A stretch of DNA of 64,000 bases from Dicyema japonicum (Eukaryota > Animalia > Dicyemida). Of this stretch, positions 61,553 to 64,000 are shown one piece after another. The DNA is taken from NCBI GenBank assembly GCA_011109175.1, contig RDEW01000011.1:114712-178711 (forward strand), written 5' to 3'. The notes under the pieces were generated by a model. It ran no database searches. It was not told the DNA's origin and saw only the letters and a program-made list of their open reading frames with translations. The first letter of the stretch is position 1, and each line of letters begins with the position of its first letter. A program made the position numbers and the translations under genes.

Positions 61553-61850
61553 CTAATGGTTCTTTTTGCGATGCATTAAGTGCACTCTCAGCGCCTCCAG
61601 AACTTTAGCAACTGATGAATCACATGACACAACTTCTGTAAAGAATTTGCGTACTCGTGCGGTTAGAAAATCGTTCAGGGAAGATAACTGATGCTTCGAA
61701 CTGAATCGAAGGGCCATCTTCGCTATGACTTCAAAGGAAATAACAGGTTGAGGAGATATATTGTCGCCTACAATATAAAAATCTGTTTTTGAAGATCTTT
61801 TTGCTCTAATGATCACAATCAATGAAGGAGCTGCACGAGAAGCGCTAATA
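61553..61850 (-). CDS. Possible host gene, unidentified
   Basis: Open frame of about 90 codons in non-repetitive sequence, with CACGTG about 40 bp upstream. Confidence 0.25.
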
Positions 61851-62879
61851 TGTTATAATTCATTTCGACAATTTACTAAGTGAAGTCACACGTGTCAATT
61901 ACTAAGAAATTGTCAAGTTTTTAAACTTTTATTACAGAATGTCTAATATGCTATCTGAGTGAGCTGACTAACGATAATTCAGTGATTAATCATTTGGGGA
62001 GTCTTGGATTCTTGTAAGCCGACCGTTGATGATATTTCATCTCCTTCCTTAAATCAGTATTTTCATGTCCATCTATACCCCCGATTACGTAAGACGCTCA
62101 AATGAGTCATTTTTACTTTAGTCATCGCTCAGAGAGAACAAGTCATAACAATCCTAATATCCATTCTAAAGGCCTCAAAAGTTTTCAGTATTCTCCATTG
62201 ACTTTACGGCATATTTCTGAGTCCTTCCTTTTCCCCAAGAACCTGAGACCTCTCGCAACACTCATATCCATGACGTCAGCGAAACCCATTGGCTCTTCTA
62301 GTTGATATCAATTGCTTTCGAGAAAGGAAACACCACGTCAGTTACGTCAGCGTTGAGGAAATGGATTTTCTCGTTGGTCACTTGGTTGTGGGGATAATTG
62401 CTTACCTTATAGCTAACAGACCAAAACGTTATCCCTATTAACGGGTTGTCTGATAGTGGCTACAAGACGAACACTAAGCTTCCGTTCCCGGATCTGGTTA
62501 TTGATAAGGTTGGTGGAGAATTAACTAAATTTAGACTCTTCGGGATTTGTCTGTCTGGTTGCTAAAAAATATTCAAATATTCCCAATTCAGTATAGGTAT
62601 TTACCCTATTTTTTGGCCTATTTTTATCAAAAATCTAGATTGTAGAATAATTTTATATTCTCTAAGCAGTCCTGTCTTAGAAGTGCCATTAAACGAAAAT
62701 TTGCAACAAAGATCCTTGCAGGCGTAAATTTATTGGACTTTTGTGAACAAAACCTGCATTCCACAGGACTCAACAGTTCTAATAATTTTTTTAGACATTT
62801 TGAGGTTTTCTTAGCATTTAGTTTCTAATTTCAGTCAATTTGATCAAAGAAATATAAGAACTTTTAATTTTGTAATTTT

Positions 62880-63110
62880 TTATTTATTTAAACCCCAAGA
62901 CCGTCAGAAAGGTTAAATCCACTGATCAGGTGATCCCATCCTTCAATATCTCCCGAACTCTCCTTGAATGTTCTGCCAGCGACTCAACTGCCCTTCGGAG
63001 TACCTTCTTTTTTGCCTGCAGAGTAATTCTATCAGAGTGTACATCTCTATGGTCGATCGGAATCCCTCTACGACCTTCAGAATGGTGGCCTATCAGTTTT
63101 GTAAAAATCA
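62880..63110 (-). mobile_element. GIT* LINE 3' end
   Basis: RRVREILKDGIT* then ..acggtcttggggtttaataaataa. Confidence 0.65.
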
Positions 63111-63383
63111 GACTCACTATTTTTTTTAATAATAGACTTTAAATATAAATTAATCATTTTGAAATGTATTCGACAGAATTCCGCGTTCACGTGTGTCACT
63201 AAAAGTTTACGTTTCTAAAAAAAGGTGAGATTTCTGTTATTTGTCCACCAAATTATTTTTTCCTTACTTAAAATTTACCTGTCCGCCTAATTTTCCTTAA
63301 CTTTTTTCAAAATTAAAAGTCAGTATGACTTTTAATTTTCAGTCTTTTGTTGGATGTACTTATTTCCTAATAGAATTTGTCCC

Positions 63384-63590
63384 GAACTCCTGAGTAGTCT
63401 AAGGAATCGGATTTCGAATATTGAGATCGAAACGTCCGGTTCCCTTGCGCCTGCGACGTTGGAACTCCTGAGTAGTCTAAGGAATCGGATTTCGAATATT
63501 GAGATCTCCGTGAGCGGTGCTGGCTATTTGAGCGAATCTCACTCGCATCCTGAGAGGGAACAGCCATGCAGTCAGGGTGGCCGCTGTATG
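63384..63590 (+). mobile_element. CRE-like 3' end with a perfect 45-bp duplication at its 5' junction
   Basis: GAACTCCTGAGTAGTCTAAGGAATCGGATTTCGAATATTGAGATC at 63384-63428 and 63462-63506. Confidence 0.8.
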
Positions 63591-64000
63591 ACTTTCAGCT
63601 GACTATTTCTTTAATAAAAATTTGCAAAATTTTGGGATTTGTAAGTCTCGGAAATTTTGATTTACATTCGATACAGCATCAATACTCAATTTAATGGTTG
63701 TTATATTTAAATCATGAATATTTACCTTATTTAGGGATTGTGTCAAAAGGCTGATACTTTGGTGTCACAGAAACACAATTATACTAGTGGAGACTCCCAA
63801 CCCTGATATACCAGACAGTGGCCACTTTTTGTATCCACATTAATACGGTTAGCATTTAATATTTAATTTGCTGAGTAATTATAAATTGGAGTACAAAACT
63901 AAATAATTTCCACAGGACCTACCTGGCTTTAAAAAAAGGATAGTACTGTTAATATAGAAATGTCCACCAAAACATCGAATTAAGTCAAGAGGAATCGAAA

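Noticed and set aside
63384-63506. CRISPR-like repeat-spacer units (also 25539-26047)
   Set aside because: Only two repeats each, in eukaryotic retroelement context, with no cas genes.

Overview
AT-rich eukaryotic (animal) genomic DNA, not prokaryotic. Host genes are split by ultra-short GT-AG introns, mostly 19-30 nt. That architecture is known from dicyemid mesozoans, the renal parasites of cephalopods; the taxon assignment is inference. Recognisable genes, reconstructed by manually splicing the tiny introns: a kinesin-5/BimC-like gene whose P-loop and switch motifs are degenerate, a glycine dehydrogenase (GLDC) with out-of-frame internal deletions, eIF3f, SLMAP, MLF, a stand-alone CYB5R4-type cytochrome b5 domain, a very short CREB/CREM bZIP, EPB41L5/yurt and PHF12. 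Several unidentified ORF regions are also present. By eye, roughly half the window is decayed mobile DNA: CRE-like and R4-like RLE non-LTR retrotransposons, RTE LINEs, an I/Jockey-like LINE family whose ORF ends in ...GIT*, pogo and hAT transposase relics, and three apparently unnamed tRNA-headed SINE families, some with target-site duplications. Single-base frameshifts in otherwise conserved genes look like consensus errors in short homopolymers. All homology calls come from motif recognition by eye; no database search was run, and mobile-element boundaries are approximate.
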